Shown here: one piece after another, positions 63,227-64,000 of the stretch
How positions within the stretch are numbered: the stretch's first letter is position 1
Layout of the letters: the number at the start of each line of letters is the position of its first letter
Assembly (NCBI GenBank): GCA_017654855.1
Contig: CM030333.1
Span: forward strand, 2,294,001 to 2,358,000
Direction of reading: 5' to 3'
Length of the DNA: 64,000 nucleotides
From: Podospora anserina
Lineage: Eukaryota
Notes under the pieces: generated by a model
The model's input: the letters and a program-made list of their open reading frames with translations, nothing else
Told to the model about the DNA's origin: nothing
Databases searched by the model: none
Position numbers and translations under genes: made by a program

Positions 63227-64000
63227 ATGGATCACACAGCAACCCACAACTCGCCACGGACGTGGTTTCTCACATCCTCGCTATCACCGCTATGTATACG
63301 GTTGATCCGGTTATTACTAGCACACGGTGACTACGTGGTGGCCTGTCTACCACCGGCAGAAATCGAAAACGACGACAGAAGCGCCGAGTTCCGTGAGCTC
63401 ATCAACGAATGCAAGAGCAACCGCAAAGACCGCGAAGGATGGAAAGATCGAATCAGGGGTATCCGGTGCGACGGCCGGGTAATGGGGCAGAGTGGTGCTG
63501 CCATAGCGGAAGCCGTCCAAGTCTTTGGCCGAATTGATATCTTGCTATGTTGCAAGTTTGAAGGTATCTCACATTCCCCATCTCACCTCTCCCATGCCCT
63601 CGCTCACATTTCCCACAGCTGTCATCGGCACGGTAGAAGAACTCTCCACCACCCCCCGGACCCGCAACCTCGTCCGCGACCAGTTTGAAACTATCTTCTT
63701 CTCCCAAGTCAACTTTATCAAAGCCGCCCTTCCCCAGTTCCGCGCTCAGCACACAGGTCACATCATCATTCTCACTAGCATCGGCGGGCATATCGGTACC
63801 CCGGGCATGTCGATCTACACCGCCGCCACCTGGGCCCTCGAAGGCTACTGCGACTCCTTGGCCTACGAAATCGCCCCCTTCAACATCAAGGTCACTGTTG
63901 TCCAACCCAACAAGGAGATCCAATCCCTCACCAACAAGATCGTCTTCGCGCCTCAGCTACCGTACTATGACTCTGATGTGAACCCAGCACCGTCGGTGAG
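63227..64000 (+). CDS. Short-chain dehydrogenase/reductase-like protein, runs off the window end
   Basis: PRTWFLTSSLSPLC, VQVFGRIDILL, VRDQFETIFF, FIKAALPQFRAQHTGHIIILTSIGG, IYTAATWALEGYCDSLAYEIAPFNIKVTVVQP. Intron about 63564-63619. Confidence 0.8.

Overview
Gene-dense, intron-rich filamentous ascomycete DNA. The short GT-AG introns with CTRAC/CTRAT branch sites, G-rich gene 3' ends and gene content look Sordariales-like, possibly Podospora; this is inferred, not proven. It carries about 20 mostly housekeeping genes: Rheb, seryl-tRNA synthetase, HAM1 ITPase, a ZUP1/Mug105-type C78 peptidase, a Zn2Cys6 factor, FAP7, myosin V, SER3, NAP1, a P5B ATPase, an NDUFB2-like subunit, BUR1 kinase, POP8, PP5, a SepA formin, a DUF2264 protein, SER1 and an SDR-like gene. 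A decayed head-to-head pair at the left end includes an NB-ARC/TPR NLR pseudogene. The main unexplained signal is that five genes end in TAG and then continue in frame for 62-365 codons. In four of them the continuation is interrupted only by a second nearby TAG. This is the pattern expected of C-terminal extensions gated by sexual-stage A-to-I editing (UAG to UIG = Trp), known in Sordariomycetes. A second signal is a gap-free 68-bp hairpin between Rheb and SES1 whose mismatches are almost all G-U wobbles on the + strand. I saw no tRNA, rRNA, CRISPR array or intact transposon. Exon boundaries were read by eye.
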